Shown one piece after another: positions 18,653-28,425 of a DNA stretch of 64,000 nucleotides. Position 1 is the first letter of the stretch; the number at the start of each line of letters is the position of its first letter. Source of the DNA: a virus; the IMG/VR virus record IMGVR_UViG_3300037852_000186, positions 35,975 through 99,974 of that record, one strand, 5' to 3'. A program made the position numbers and the translations under genes. The notes under the pieces are model-generated. The model worked only from the letters and a program-made list of their open reading frames with translations, made no database searches and was not told the DNA's origin.

Positions 18653-19618
18653 TTAGTGTCCCATTCCGCGCGATTGCCCGTACTCTCGGCTACGCCCATA
18701 TTTATAATCATCGTCCTCGAAAGATCCCACTTTCGGGCTTCCGTCATGCTCGTATGTGGGCGTCGGCGTGAGGCCAATTCCTAGCTGCAAGTCGCGTTCT
18801 TTCCATTGCTGTTTAAGATAATTCATGTCGAAGGTTCCGCGCGCACGACGGTCAATGACCGATGCTAAGTTCGCCGCGTGTGGATGCCAACCGTGCGCTG
18901 AGATAATCTGCTCGATTTGTTCTTTACGCTGCGAGAATGCACGGATATGAAGGCGGTCGTATCCAGCTAATTCCCATTCGCCTTTCGCGCTGGTGGTTTT
19001 GATGTCGTACCCCAATTGCTTAACGCGATACTGCATCTCCTCTCGATAGACGTTAGTGCCTTGCTGGCTGTGTCGAAAGATCTGGTATTTGTCGAGCGCT
19101 CGCCACTCACCATCCGGACGCTGCGTCATGTTCATTAGAACAACGTGCGTGTGAACTTGCGGATCGGGCAGTTGCAGACCAACTGGTCGTGCGAGCGTGT
19201 GCTGGAAGGATGCTGCCACGAGCTTGCCAGTAATCGTAGAGTATTGACCGTGATGACTCACCATCGCATAGCGTTCCATGTGGTAGAAGGCTGCTTCTGC
19301 TGCGGCAGCATGCGCTGGAATCAGCCGCTCGTCTCCGCGTACAAGGGCCTGAATCGAAATGGACTTGGGAGCAGAGTACCCTACTTGCCAGCCGGCGCGG
19401 TGTTCCGTCCCTTCGCGAGTCGCAACAAGCAACCCCCCGAATGGACTATAGCCACGGAGCGCGCAGCCAAAATCAAATCCATTAGCACGCGCGTCGCCGA
19501 TCAATCCGAGGCTCTCGGCACCATGTCCAATCCACTGACCGACTTCGTTGATGAAATATCTTTGCGTTCCCGTTGCGGTCAGTGGCACTGGCGAGATCGT
19601 CATCAAGTGGGGCAACAC
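18653..19618 (-). CDS. MobF (TrwC/TraI-type) relaxase, relaxase domain only
   Basis: N-terminal RYF, WIGHGAESLGL, SAPKSIS, FQH...DPQVHTH (3H motif), NMTQRPDGEWRAL, FSQRKEQIE; no helicase domain. Confidence 0.92.
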   Translation of the reverse strand: MLPHLMTISPVPLTATGTQRYFINEVGQWIGHGAESLGLIGDARANGFDFGCALRGYSPFGGLLVATREGTEHRAGWQVGYSAPKSISIQALVRGDERLIPAHAAAAEAAFYHMERYAMVSHHGQYSTITGKLVAASFQHTLARPVGLQLPDPQVHTHVVLMNMTQRPDGEWRALDKYQIFRHSQQGTNVYREEMQYRVKQLGYDIKTTSAKGEWELAGYDRLHIRAFSQRKEQIEQIISAHGWHPHAANLASVIDRRARGTFDMNYLKQQWKERDLQLGIGLTPTPTYEHDGSPKVGSFEDDDYKYGRSREYGQSRGMGH

Positions 19619-19621
19619 CTC

Positions 19622-20209
19622 CTAGAATAGAGTGATACGCCTAGAACCTTTCGCGGAATTGCAAGGCCGACAGGCAGCAACCACGTTTTCTTTAACGTGC
19701 AAACCACCCTTGCAAAGTGGAATTACATGGTCCATCGTAAGGCGTTTGCATTTTTTCTTGCACCAGTAACAGCGCCCCTTCGCTCGCGATAAAATCGCGC
19801 GCCATTCACTCCTAGCTAGAGTGGTTACGGGGGTTGCATATTTTCTAGCTCGCCGCCGTTGGTCATCTATTACGCGTTGTTCTTTGTTACGATCCGAACT
19901 GCGATAAATCAGAGAGCGTAAGGAATGCTTACGCCATGTATTGAAATATAATCGTCGCGGAGCGGTGGCGTTGTAATGTCGACGAGTGGATACGCCTTTT
20001 GGTGAAGACCTGTATCGTTTTCTGGTTAAGACTCCGCGTTGCGATTGACCGTATCGTTGCGCTGCACGAGCCCAGCTTTGCTTAGTCGCGATTATCTTAC
20101 AGGCTGGACAAAATGCTGGTCTCCTAAGTCCTTTTGTAATGACGACTGCTGGAGCTTGGCATCGAGGACAATCTCTTAATAGACCTGGAAATATACTTTC
20201 ACCTGGCAT
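19622..20209 (-). CDS. HNH endonuclease
   Basis: CYWC...LTMDHVIPLCKGGLHVKENVVAACRPCNSAKG. Confidence 0.9.
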   Translation of the reverse strand: MPGESIFPGLLRDCPRCQAPAVVITKGLRRPAFCPACKIIATKQSWARAAQRYGQSQRGVLTRKRYRSSPKGVSTRRHYNATAPRRLYFNTWRKHSLRSLIYRSSDRNKEQRVIDDQRRRARKYATPVTTLARSEWRAILSRAKGRCYWCKKKCKRLTMDHVIPLCKGGLHVKENVVAACRPCNSAKGSRRITLF

Positions 20210-20215
20210 ATTGTT

Positions 20216-21967
20216 TTATCGAGGCAAGAACCCCGCGATGTTTTGAATCATATGTGCCTCCTCGATCTTAATTGGCGCGCGGTCACGACCAGCGCAACAG
20301 AGATAGCCGTGGAAGCGTTCAAGGAGAAGCAATTCCGCTGGCGTAACCAAATGACGGCTGAGCCGATGCGGCGCGAGATTCAGCCCTTCCCGATAGTCGC
20401 TAACACCCGTGACCATCGTAGTATCGAAACGATCCGCTTCTTGGCTGTTTAATACTTTGCTCGCCCATTCTGCTGTTTCGGCTCCTCCACATTGCAAGAT
20501 GACTTTAGTCGCCGCACCGTTGGTGAGCACGCTTGCTTCATCGCGTCCGTAAATTCGATTAAGCTGGGCGACATCCTGAAAGCCGAGGTATACAGCGATG
20601 CCCCTCTTTCGCCCCCGCGCGATAGCCTTCTCAACATTGCTCTGGTGACCGAGACTCGGAAGTTCGTCGAGCATAACATGAACCCGTTGAGTATAAGTTT
20701 CTTGAAACATTAGCCATCTAATCAGTGTGTCGATCCAAATGGCTTGCAGGGGAAAAAGGGCGTCCTTAGTGTCTTCACTAGAAGTGAGGAAAATCCATCC
20801 TTCTGGTTTAGCCGCCCATTCGCGAGCACTCCACGTGCGCGCGCCTTGTGTCGGTAAATGATAGAACGGTTTGAGTGCGTTCGACGCGGTCGCGACGATT
20901 CCAGAACCTTGGTCGTGTGCTTGCGGATCGATTAGGTTATACGCAGCATCTGTGAGCACGCCTCGATTGGCTCGAAACTGTTTCTGCATCTCGATACGCG
21001 GCATCGCAAGAAATGAGTGCAAGGCTGGAATGTCCCTCGCTACTGCGAAGATACCTTCAATCAAAGTACGCGCTGATAGACGGAAGAATTCACCTGAGTC
21101 GCTAGCAGCTCCTCTCGGATTCGGTCGAACAAGAGAAGCAGCCATCGCTTGTACATCAACCTCGAACATGGTGGGCCGGAACTCGAACCAAGGCGTCCAT
21201 CTCAGATCGTAACGCTGGTCGAATGGATTGAGAATGATGTCGCTCGGCTTGTAGAACTCTTGAACAAATTCACAATCAGGATCGAAAATAACCGCGATTT
21301 CTCCACGCTGCCGAATCTGTCGGAGAAGATGACGAAGAATAGTAGACTTGCCCATGCCAGATTTGCCAGCGATAAGCATGTGCTCGGTTTCGATGTTAGG
21401 TTCTAGGGTGACATCACCGATACGCAGCCCGGTTGATACGGGCGCCTTGGGTGTGACGTACGGGCGGACTCGCTGCCAGTATGAACGCCATCCGTGTATC
21501 CGATAGTTAAGCGCGGACGCTGAAATCATTTGAACTCCTCGAATGTGTTGCAGCTCCTTTGCGCTTCGTTGTGCGAAGAGTGCAACTCCAATGATTGCGA
21601 TTGGCGGTAACAGTGGCCAGCCCCAACAAGATTGTACACACCACGCCGGAAAGCTTTGATGATAGCCGGCTGGACCGGATAGCCATGCACTCAACGATCC
21701 AAGTTCATACCATTGTCTGTTGAAGGGGACGGGCGCATTGGTGAGGTATGTACCGACAAATGGAATATTCGCGATCAAGCTGTACGGCGCCCACGACCAG
21801 AAATATACATGATGTAACAGTGGATAAGTTCTTCGCCACACAACGATAAGCGTGCAAACTACCCAAGCCAGCAGCGCACCACGGAAGATTTTGCTCCATA
21901 TACTGCTGGCCATCCGACCCATAATTCCGACGGCTTGTAGTCGCGCAATTCCAGCCGAATATGCCAT
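20216..21967 (-). CDS. type IV coupling protein (TraD/TrwB family)
   Basis: two N-terminal TMs, HMLIAGKSGMGKS (Walker A), IFDP, LNPFDQR, MLDELPSL (Walker B), GRKRG, GFQDVAQL...YG. Confidence 0.93.
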   Translation of the reverse strand: MAYSAGIARLQAVGIMGRMASSIWSKIFRGALLAWVVCTLIVVWRRTYPLLHHVYFWSWAPYSLIANIPFVGTYLTNAPVPFNRQWYELGSLSAWLSGPAGYHQSFPAWCVQSCWGWPLLPPIAIIGVALFAQRSAKELQHIRGVQMISASALNYRIHGWRSYWQRVRPYVTPKAPVSTGLRIGDVTLEPNIETEHMLIAGKSGMGKSTILRHLLRQIRQRGEIAVIFDPDCEFVQEFYKPSDIILNPFDQRYDLRWTPWFEFRPTMFEVDVQAMAASLVRPNPRGAASDSGEFFRLSARTLIEGIFAVARDIPALHSFLAMPRIEMQKQFRANRGVLTDAAYNLIDPQAHDQGSGIVATASNALKPFYHLPTQGARTWSAREWAAKPEGWIFLTSSEDTKDALFPLQAIWIDTLIRWLMFQETYTQRVHVMLDELPSLGHQSNVEKAIARGRKRGIAVYLGFQDVAQLNRIYGRDEASVLTNGAATKVILQCGGAETAEWASKVLNSQEADRFDTTMVTGVSDYREGLNLAPHRLSRHLVTPAELLLLERFHGYLCCAGRDRAPIKIEEAHMIQNIAGFLPR

Positions 21968-22175
21968 TTATAGTTTCGCCTTTTGTTTGTGAGGGTGGGT
22001 TAGACGCGAACGGATTCAGGCATAGTTCCTTGCCAACATAACGCTCCGTCATTCGCCTAACGAAGAGCTGTTTCGCAAGGACTATGACTGCACATCACCA
22101 ATACTAATTGCCCCGACGTTAAGGGATCTGTAATCGCGCCTTGGGGGAGGGTTTACAAAGTTGGCGCGTACCATT

Positions 22176-22583
22176 TCAGATAACCCCAGCAAAGGCCAAG
22201 CACACAATATTGACGAGAAACCAGCCGACAAAAAAACGAAGCGGCCAGTGTCCCTCGGCTCTGACGACGAGGTCAATTAGCAGTGCGGTAGGAATGATCG
22301 CCCAAGGTGGATGAGCCGTGCAAAGCCAGTACAACCAGACCGCAACCAATAGAATTCTGAGCTTGCCATAGAACGGATTGCCGTAGCGATCTCGGGTTAT
22401 CCACCATCGTGGGAAGCGGTTTAGGAAGATGCTTGTCCATGAGTGAGATGCGATTTGGATGGTGGTTTTTCCCCGGTTCGGCAGCTTGTCCTGCTCGTTC
22501 CATTCATGGAGGCAGTCAGCCCATCCCTGCTCGTGACCACGGTAGTAGGATCGTTCGTCGGTATCCGTCCAGCTTGGGTTCAT
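22176..22583 (-). CDS. membrane hypothetical protein
   Basis: hydrophobic C-terminal half; ATGA overlap with the VirB3-like gene. Confidence 0.5.
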   Translation of the reverse strand: MNPSWTDTDERSYYRGHEQGWADCLHEWNEQDKLPNRGKTTIQIASHSWTSIFLNRFPRWWITRDRYGNPFYGKLRILLVAVWLYWLCTAHPPWAIIPTALLIDLVVRAEGHWPLRFFVGWFLVNIVCLAFAGVI

Positions 22584-23128
22584 TCGGGACTCCTAATGTG
22601 AGGAATTCGCAGCGCTTCCAAGTAAGTTTTCATGTAATCGGCGTCACGTTCGCTGAGGATTCGGATAGCTGCTTGAACGGGGCCGCCAAACAAAACAGCG
22701 ACAACCGCGAGATGCCAGTTCAGGTTCATCAGGGCCCACAATCCTAAGAGCATGGTGATGCTGATATTGATCTGGGAGAGTTCCCGTTCGCCGCCCATGA
22801 GGAGCTTGTCTTTTTGCAGACAGGTAAAAACCCTATGTCCAGAGCCGCTGTGCCCACTGGTGGAAGGTGATGGCGTGCTGCCGATGGATGTTGCGAGCTT
22901 GCCCTTTGGGCGTTGGACGGGTGGTCCATACTGGCGTTTTTGAACTTGGGACTTTGTAGGTTCTGGAATCAATGCGCCAGTTGGAATGGCTGGTGGAGGA
23001 CTAACCGCTGGTGCCGGCGCGAGTGGTCGCGGTCTCCCACCGGAGAGTTCCCAGTTGTCCGCTGGAATGCCATCCCCGCTGCTAGCCCATGCCTGATTTC
23101 CTAAGTAATGATCGCCTCTGTCGTACAA
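22580..23128 (-). CDS. VirB3/TrbD-like protein with long Pro-rich N-terminal extension
   Basis: HRVF...KLLMGGERELS + 2 TM + ERDADYMKTY is the TrbD pattern. Confidence 0.75.
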   Translation of the reverse strand: MYDRGDHYLGNQAWASSGDGIPADNWELSGGRPRPLAPAPAVSPPPAIPTGALIPEPTKSQVQKRQYGPPVQRPKGKLATSIGSTPSPSTSGHSGSGHRVFTCLQKDKLLMGGERELSQINISITMLLGLWALMNLNWHLAVVAVLFGGPVQAAIRILSERDADYMKTYLEALRIPHIRSPE

Positions 23129-23148
23129 TGAGCGAGTCCCCCTATTTA

Positions 23149-23574
23149 TTAGCTGGCATTACCGATGTTGGCCTTGAGGCGATGATACCGTCGGTTCGCA
23201 GCAGCTCTGTGGCAAACGCTGCATCTTCGGTGTCCCGTTTTTTTGTTGACTATATCGAGCGGATGGCCATGTATGCAGAGGCCATTGCGTATAGGTCTTC
23301 GGCCAGCAATTTGTTCTTTCGGTGTTGCCCACCTACAATTTGACGGTTCATAGTTACCGTTCGGATCTGGATACCGGTCTAACGTCTTGCCTACTGGCCG
23401 TTCATTCATATCAGCTAGAAAGTTGGCAAAGTCGCTCCATCGTTCGCAGATAGTTATGCCCCTCCCTCCATAAAGATCGTAATGGACATGTTTAGGATTG
23501 AGACAACGTTCCCGCATGTGAACCCAGCTTCGATAAGTGGGTGTGTCTGTATGTCGATGTGTGCTACGGCCCAT
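23149..23574 (-). CDS. HNH homing endonuclease
   Basis: TYRSWVHMRERC...YGGRGITICERW...F-x-x-F-LADM...TLDR...GNYEPSNCRWAT. Confidence 0.9.
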   Translation of the reverse strand: MGRSTHRHTDTPTYRSWVHMRERCLNPKHVHYDLYGGRGITICERWSDFANFLADMNERPVGKTLDRYPDPNGNYEPSNCRWATPKEQIAGRRPIRNGLCIHGHPLDIVNKKTGHRRCSVCHRAAANRRYHRLKANIGNAS

Positions 23575-23585
23575 TATTACCCCTA

Positions 23586-25988
23586 TCATGCGGCTTGTGG
23601 TTGCCCCCTGCCCGTAAGCCACATCTCAAGAAAATCTCCGCCTTGCTCCAGCAGTTGCCGCGCCGCCTGTACGTCCTGATACCCCGTAGAAGCACAGATT
23701 TTCTGCCCAGTCGGCCCTAATGCTAAGGTGAACATTCGAGACCCGATAGACGACTTAAAGTAGTAATCCTGTCGCGCTACAGCGTTCCCTATACGATTAA
23801 GCTCATGATCGTTGAGACCTATCTGGGTGTAGGCTTCGCGCACATAGGTGCTACTACGCAGGGCCGAATTCGGCAGGAAAATTTGCGCTGGCGCACTCTC
23901 CAATAGCAACGGCCCAAAGGGGCTGTTCACTATTTCCCCGGCCGATTGGGTAGCGCCAACGAAGCCACAATTGCGCTTGCGCATGGTCCGTATGGAGTCG
24001 AAGAGCCATTCCGCTGAGACTTCATCTCCGAGCATGTTCCAGAATTCGTCAGCAAATATCCAAGCAGGGGACACGCCGTCTAATGATGAAACGATCGAGT
24101 GCAGGATGAGTTCGGTTGCGGGCGCCGAAGCCCGCTTACCGAGACCTTGAAGTCCGCGCATCTCGAATACACGGAGTTGAATGTCGGCGTCAGTTTGGGG
24201 CTCGCCGTTAAAAATGTGCTTCCAGTAAGTGGTGTAGTGTCGAAGGATTCGACGGATGCGTTGTTGTTCGCCAGGGATAATCGCGAACAGTCCGCTCATG
24301 GTCCGAATGCCTTGACGTTGTGCTTGGCGAAGTCGAGAGGCGAACTCTTCGGATTGGTATTCGTCGAGTTCAAATTTACCGACACCATAATCTCCCGGCC
24401 ATCGAGCAAAAAGTCGTTCAAACCAACCAAAGAGCCATTCGACGCCGTCTTCCTTGTCGAGCATGGCCAGTGGGCAGAGGGCTGGAGTATTCTGAGCGCC
24501 CATATCCCGGTAGTCTATCCCGAGTAGATGGGATAGCACGAAGGACGAGTAATCGAGGTCGAGCCATGCGATCCTGACTTTGGGTATTCCGAGGTAGGCG
24601 CAGACCATAGCGGCGATAAGTGAGCTTTTGCCACTACCCACGGGGCCCAGGATAAGCTGATTGGCGACTCCACCGATATGAGTTGGGAAATAAAAAGGTT
24701 CCGAGCCTGTGCCACCACAAACCAATGGCGCTGGCGTTTGTGCAGGCAGCATAGGGCTGTGAATATAGGGAGTTCCTTCCCAATATTTTGCGGGTATCGC
24801 CAGGTCTGCGAAGTTCTCACCAGTGAGCGGAATCTTGTGGCGGTTGGCCTCGTGCTCGTCCGACCTCATCGTCAAATAACCTGGCAAAGTGGTCCTAATT
24901 GCTTTGGCCGCGCCGATGGTTTCTGGGCGACACATGACGCCCTTTCCTTGCAGGAGACCTATGAGGGTGTGCATGCGGTAGTCGGCCTCTGCGGGGTCGC
25001 GGTCGCGAACGATAGCAACACATCCTACGGTGCCAAAGCTGGTGCCGTCCTTAGAAGCGTTGATAGCTTCTTGGATTTCCGCGATCTGCTCGTAGGCATG
25101 CTGAGTGTTTTCTTTCTTGGCGCCAAAGAAGGACTTGATGATTTCGATGAAGTCGCCGATGGCCGTTTGATTCCAAAACGGTTTTTCTTTTTCAAGCTTC
25201 TTTTGGGCATCGTAGGGGCTGAGGCAGCGGTAACGAATGCTGAGGGTGAGATAACCGGGATGCTGCAAGAGGATAGAGAGCATCTGGGGTAGGGTCTCGC
25301 TCGGGTATGCGGTAATGACGATGGGTCGAAGGTGCCAGCCGTTTATCACGGGATAGAGGCCGTTTACTTGCCATTCGCAGGCGATGGCCTGGTTGAGTCG
25401 GACGTGAGGCTCGGGAAGCACAGCGGGGTAATCGTGGTAGGTGACGAGATGGAGGAGATCGCGGAACATCTCAAGGTTCGACATGGGTTCGAGTCCGACA
25501 GCGCCCTTGACTGCGTCCTCGATAGCCTGAAAGCGGCCGAGCGCGTGCGCGCGAAGCAAGTCGTGGTTGCTCAAGTGCTGCGGCTCGTTTCCCCCGAGGA
25601 GGATAGCTCGAACCGTATTCTTGATGGGCGGCCCGAACTGATGGGAAAGATAGAGACGGGTCGGGGTAATCCAGTGTTCTTCGGCCGCGAACCGCTCGCG
25701 GATCTCGGCCATGACAAGCGCGGCGGCAGGACGCGCGTAGTGTAGGTCGGGCGGCAAGGGTGCTGGCTGACGGTCGAAGACGACTTGAATGGCGTCGCCG
25801 GTACGCAAGTGGACTGGTGACCTTCCGAATTGTTCGGCGCGAGCCAGAAGCTTGGCCGCGTCGTCCGAATCGGGCGATGGGCCGATGAGCCGATAGCCTT
25901 TGACGATGCCGTTATCGCGCTCGTCTATCACGCCTTCGTGGCCTTTGAGGAATTGACGGTATGGAAGTGAGTCGGCTAGTGTGGCCAT
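23586..25988 (-). CDS. VirB4/TrbE ATPase
   Basis: LADSLPY, LILGPVGSGKS (Walker A), WIFADEFW (Walker B), RKRNCGFVGATQS, IFLPN. Confidence 0.93.
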   Translation of the reverse strand: MATLADSLPYRQFLKGHEGVIDERDNGIVKGYRLIGPSPDSDDAAKLLARAEQFGRSPVHLRTGDAIQVVFDRQPAPLPPDLHYARPAAALVMAEIRERFAAEEHWITPTRLYLSHQFGPPIKNTVRAILLGGNEPQHLSNHDLLRAHALGRFQAIEDAVKGAVGLEPMSNLEMFRDLLHLVTYHDYPAVLPEPHVRLNQAIACEWQVNGLYPVINGWHLRPIVITAYPSETLPQMLSILLQHPGYLTLSIRYRCLSPYDAQKKLEKEKPFWNQTAIGDFIEIIKSFFGAKKENTQHAYEQIAEIQEAINASKDGTSFGTVGCVAIVRDRDPAEADYRMHTLIGLLQGKGVMCRPETIGAAKAIRTTLPGYLTMRSDEHEANRHKIPLTGENFADLAIPAKYWEGTPYIHSPMLPAQTPAPLVCGGTGSEPFYFPTHIGGVANQLILGPVGSGKSSLIAAMVCAYLGIPKVRIAWLDLDYSSFVLSHLLGIDYRDMGAQNTPALCPLAMLDKEDGVEWLFGWFERLFARWPGDYGVGKFELDEYQSEEFASRLRQAQRQGIRTMSGLFAIIPGEQQRIRRILRHYTTYWKHIFNGEPQTDADIQLRVFEMRGLQGLGKRASAPATELILHSIVSSLDGVSPAWIFADEFWNMLGDEVSAEWLFDSIRTMRKRNCGFVGATQSAGEIVNSPFGPLLLESAPAQIFLPNSALRSSTYVREAYTQIGLNDHELNRIGNAVARQDYYFKSSIGSRMFTLALGPTGQKICASTGYQDVQAARQLLEQGGDFLEMWLTGRGQPQAA

Positions 25989-26413
25989 ATTTGAGTCACC
26001 TTCCCTGCTACAAGACTGAGCGGTAACCAACATAAATACCGACTGTCCCAACTGTCTGGGTCGTTCGTACCCATACCGAGAAACATCTCAGGCGGTACGG
26101 TGTAGCTGCCGAATGGGCAGACCCGCGCGAGTCTGGGCTCCGGGGCGCTATTCGGTATCAGTTTGCCCTCGCGGTACACGCCTTCGGGCGCGAACCGCAC
26201 GTGATCGCCCGGTAGGGCGAGCGCTCTTTTAATTGGCATCCGCAGCAGCACGAGGTCGCCATAGCGCACCTTGGCGATTGGCTTGATTCGATAGACGCCG
26301 ACTGGGGTCGCGCTATCGGAGACGTTGAACGTAAGGTTCCCCATCAACAGAAGGACTAGGCCGCCAAACAGGACCAGGCGAGTTGGGAACCACTTGAGGA
26401 GCGTTGTAAACAT
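25976..26413 (-). CDS. TraF-like S26 peptidase (pilin maturase)
   Basis: NVSDSATPVGVY (Ser), IKRALALPGD (Lys), DSWDSRY. Confidence 0.85.
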   Translation of the reverse strand: MFTTLLKWFPTRLVLFGGLVLLLMGNLTFNVSDSATPVGVYRIKPIAKVRYGDLVLLRMPIKRALALPGDHVRFAPEGVYREGKLIPNSAPEPRLARVCPFGSYTVPPEMFLGMGTNDPDSWDSRYLCWLPLSLVAGKVTQIWPH

Positions 26414-26765
26414 TTGGTTTCTCTTCCCGGTTGTCAGCGCCGGCCCCGGTACGAATAGCCGTTAGGTAGCGCTGTAGAACCTCATTTGCTGCCTCGATAC
26501 AGGGCTGGCAGGGGGTTGGCTTCGCCTTGGGGGTTGGCGTGGCTTGTAGGGGCGTTATCGGCAGTATTTTGGTTAGCGAAGGCGTGGGGATAGGGCTTGG
26601 CGCCGCTTGGAAGTGCGTGACTGGCACCTCGGGGATCGAGGCGTTGGCGTGCCAGAGATGCGGCCAAATGATGATGCCAAGGAATACGCTAATGATGAAG
26701 CCAATCCCGATTTTCGCAAGTCGCCGACTAACTTTAGTGCCCGGTGCGTTAGTATTGGTGTTCAT
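26313..26765 (-). CDS. VirB10/TrbI N-terminal fragment (TM plus Pro-rich stalk), apparently truncated
   Basis: KVSRR-TM-Pro-rich layout and position after trbG; no beta-barrel domain; runs 101 nt into traF. Confidence 0.5.
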   Translation of the reverse strand: MNTNTNAPGTKVSRRLAKIGIGFIISVFLGIIIWPHLWHANASIPEVPVTHFQAAPSPIPTPSLTKILPITPLQATPTPKAKPTPCQPCIEAANEVLQRYLTAIRTGAGADNREEKPNVYNAPQVVPNSPGPVWRPSPSVDGEPYVQRLR

Positions 26766-26974
26766 TGCGGCGCCACCGTTGCTAAACACTGAATGTAATA
26801 GTTGCCATTCGGCTCCTGCCGAAGTGTGCCGTAGCCGGATGGGCATTGCGGATAGGTTTGCACTTGTGCCTGCGGGTTGGCTTGGTTGTGGAAAGTCTGG
26901 ACTTGGGAATATGTTGAGGTCCCTAAACCAACCGCGCTAAGCAGCATGCCAAAAATGCTTATGATTGCACTCAC
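26762..26974 (-). CDS. small secreted protein in the T4SS cluster
   Basis: N-terminal hydrophobic segment, two Cys. Confidence 0.5.
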   Translation of the reverse strand: MSAIISIFGMLLSAVGLGTSTYSQVQTFHNQANPQAQVQTYPQCPSGYGTLRQEPNGNYYIQCLATVAPQ

Positions 26975-26985
26975 CGAATCACCTC

Positions 26986-27678
26986 CTACGGAGCTTGCTG
27001 TCCTGCTTTGATAGCCGCATCGCGCGCCGCCGCCTGCGCCTTAACCAAACCTGGGTAGTAGAATTCGATTGCTTGCGTGAAATTTTTCGTGCCTTTTATT
27101 TCCTTCACGGGATTAAATACGTAGTTATTGCCAGCAGATGTCTGAATGGCCAAATTTGTAACCATGTCAGGCTCTGCCGGAATTCTGACTGGCGCACCGG
27201 GGACCGTGATAGCTGTAGTTGAGGCCAACGGAAAGACCAGTACGCTATGCTCCCCGACGATAGTGCCCCATCGTTCACGGTCACCGATTTTTACATTGTC
27301 CTTCGATGTAGTTTCATCGTCGCGCAGGCGGATTTGCGTTACGTGTAGCTTTTGGCAATTGAGCGGATATGCAACGTCGGGACTGTAGGGATAGATCACG
27401 GTTATCCCGTGCTGTAAAGTTGGGGTCTGATTGTGCTTGATTGCCTCCGCCACGTCCGACGATAGGGAAGCATACGGATCTGGGATCGGAACCGGCGTAG
27501 GCGCCGGCGTCGGGACTATGACTGGTGCTGGCGGTGGAGTAGCAGCGCACCCGGTAAACAGACCGACTCCTATAACCAACGCAGTAATTCCGAAAAGAAA
27601 AACAAGCGCAGCGCAAGCACGTTTGTTGATCACCGTTGAACCTCCCAAGCGTTCTGCTGTAGGAATTCTTGTTCTCAT
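26986..27678 (-). CDS. VirB9/TrbG-like lipoprotein (N-terminal domain only)
   Basis: lipobox FTGC; IYPYS...LNC...VTQIRL...E...IGD...W...TNLAIQT; ends before the usual C-terminal domain. Confidence 0.75.
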   Translation of the reverse strand: MRTRIPTAERLGGSTVINKRACAALVFLFGITALVIGVGLFTGCAATPPPAPVIVPTPAPTPVPIPDPYASLSSDVAEAIKHNQTPTLQHGITVIYPYSPDVAYPLNCQKLHVTQIRLRDDETTSKDNVKIGDRERWGTIVGEHSVLVFPLASTTAITVPGAPVRIPAEPDMVTNLAIQTSAGNNYVFNPVKEIKGTKNFTQAIEFYYPGLVKAQAAARDAAIKAGQQAP

Positions 27679-28304
27679 TGGTGGACTTCGGCTAAGTCGA
27701 TTTCGTCGACGAAAAGTCCTAAACTCTCCGGGTCCTTAGAGCGCGCCACTATCACATGTAAAACCGCGCGCCACTTTTGGGTGGTACGTGCTTGGTCGTT
27801 GCGATCGTGCGTGACAGTGTTCCAATCGGCCTGGTAGGTGTCTTTTTCTGCTAGTTTGAGGGTGTCAGTGACCGATGTTTCTATCCAACTATAAGGCCCG
27901 ATAGACTTCGGGTGGTGCTTGCCGCCATCGCGGTTGTACCAGCCGTCGAGCTTTTGCGCGGCCTGCCCGGTGACCATCGCTTGGGTTTTGTTGTAGAGGT
28001 AGTCTTCCTCGTCGGAGTCGCGGTCAACGGTGAAGGCATCATGGATGAAGTCGCCCAGCCGCGCCCGCAGAAAGGCGTCGGGGATGACTCGCACGCTGGT
28101 GACTGGGAGCACCTGTCCGACTGGCTCACCTTGGTTGTTCACTTCCAGCACGAAGGGGGGTGTTGGTGGTTGGAGGTCGAGGCGGACGCGATCTACGACC
28201 ATGCCGGCGAGTAACACAACGAGTGCGCAACCTAGCCAGAAAAGGGTCCGGTTCTGGTAAGCTATCAGCCGGTCTGTATACATCGGTTCTAGTGCAGCAG
28301 CCAT
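27675..28304 (-). CDS. VirB8/TrbF-like protein
   Basis: single TM, PFVLEVNNQGEP, TYQADW, PESLGLFVDEI. Confidence 0.8.
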   Translation of the reverse strand: MAAALEPMYTDRLIAYQNRTLFWLGCALVVLLAGMVVDRVRLDLQPPTPPFVLEVNNQGEPVGQVLPVTSVRVIPDAFLRARLGDFIHDAFTVDRDSDEEDYLYNKTQAMVTGQAAQKLDGWYNRDGGKHHPKSIGPYSWIETSVTDTLKLAEKDTYQADWNTVTHDRNDQARTTQKWRAVLHVIVARSKDPESLGLFVDEIDLAEVHQ

Positions 28305-28425
28305 TTGAGTAACTCCACCACTACTATCAGCGCAACGAAACCAAACCCGTACCAGCGGTTGATAAGCATGCCGCTCGCCGGATAAATAATGAAGAAAGAT
28401 TTATGTGTTTTGTTGGTGTTCATTG

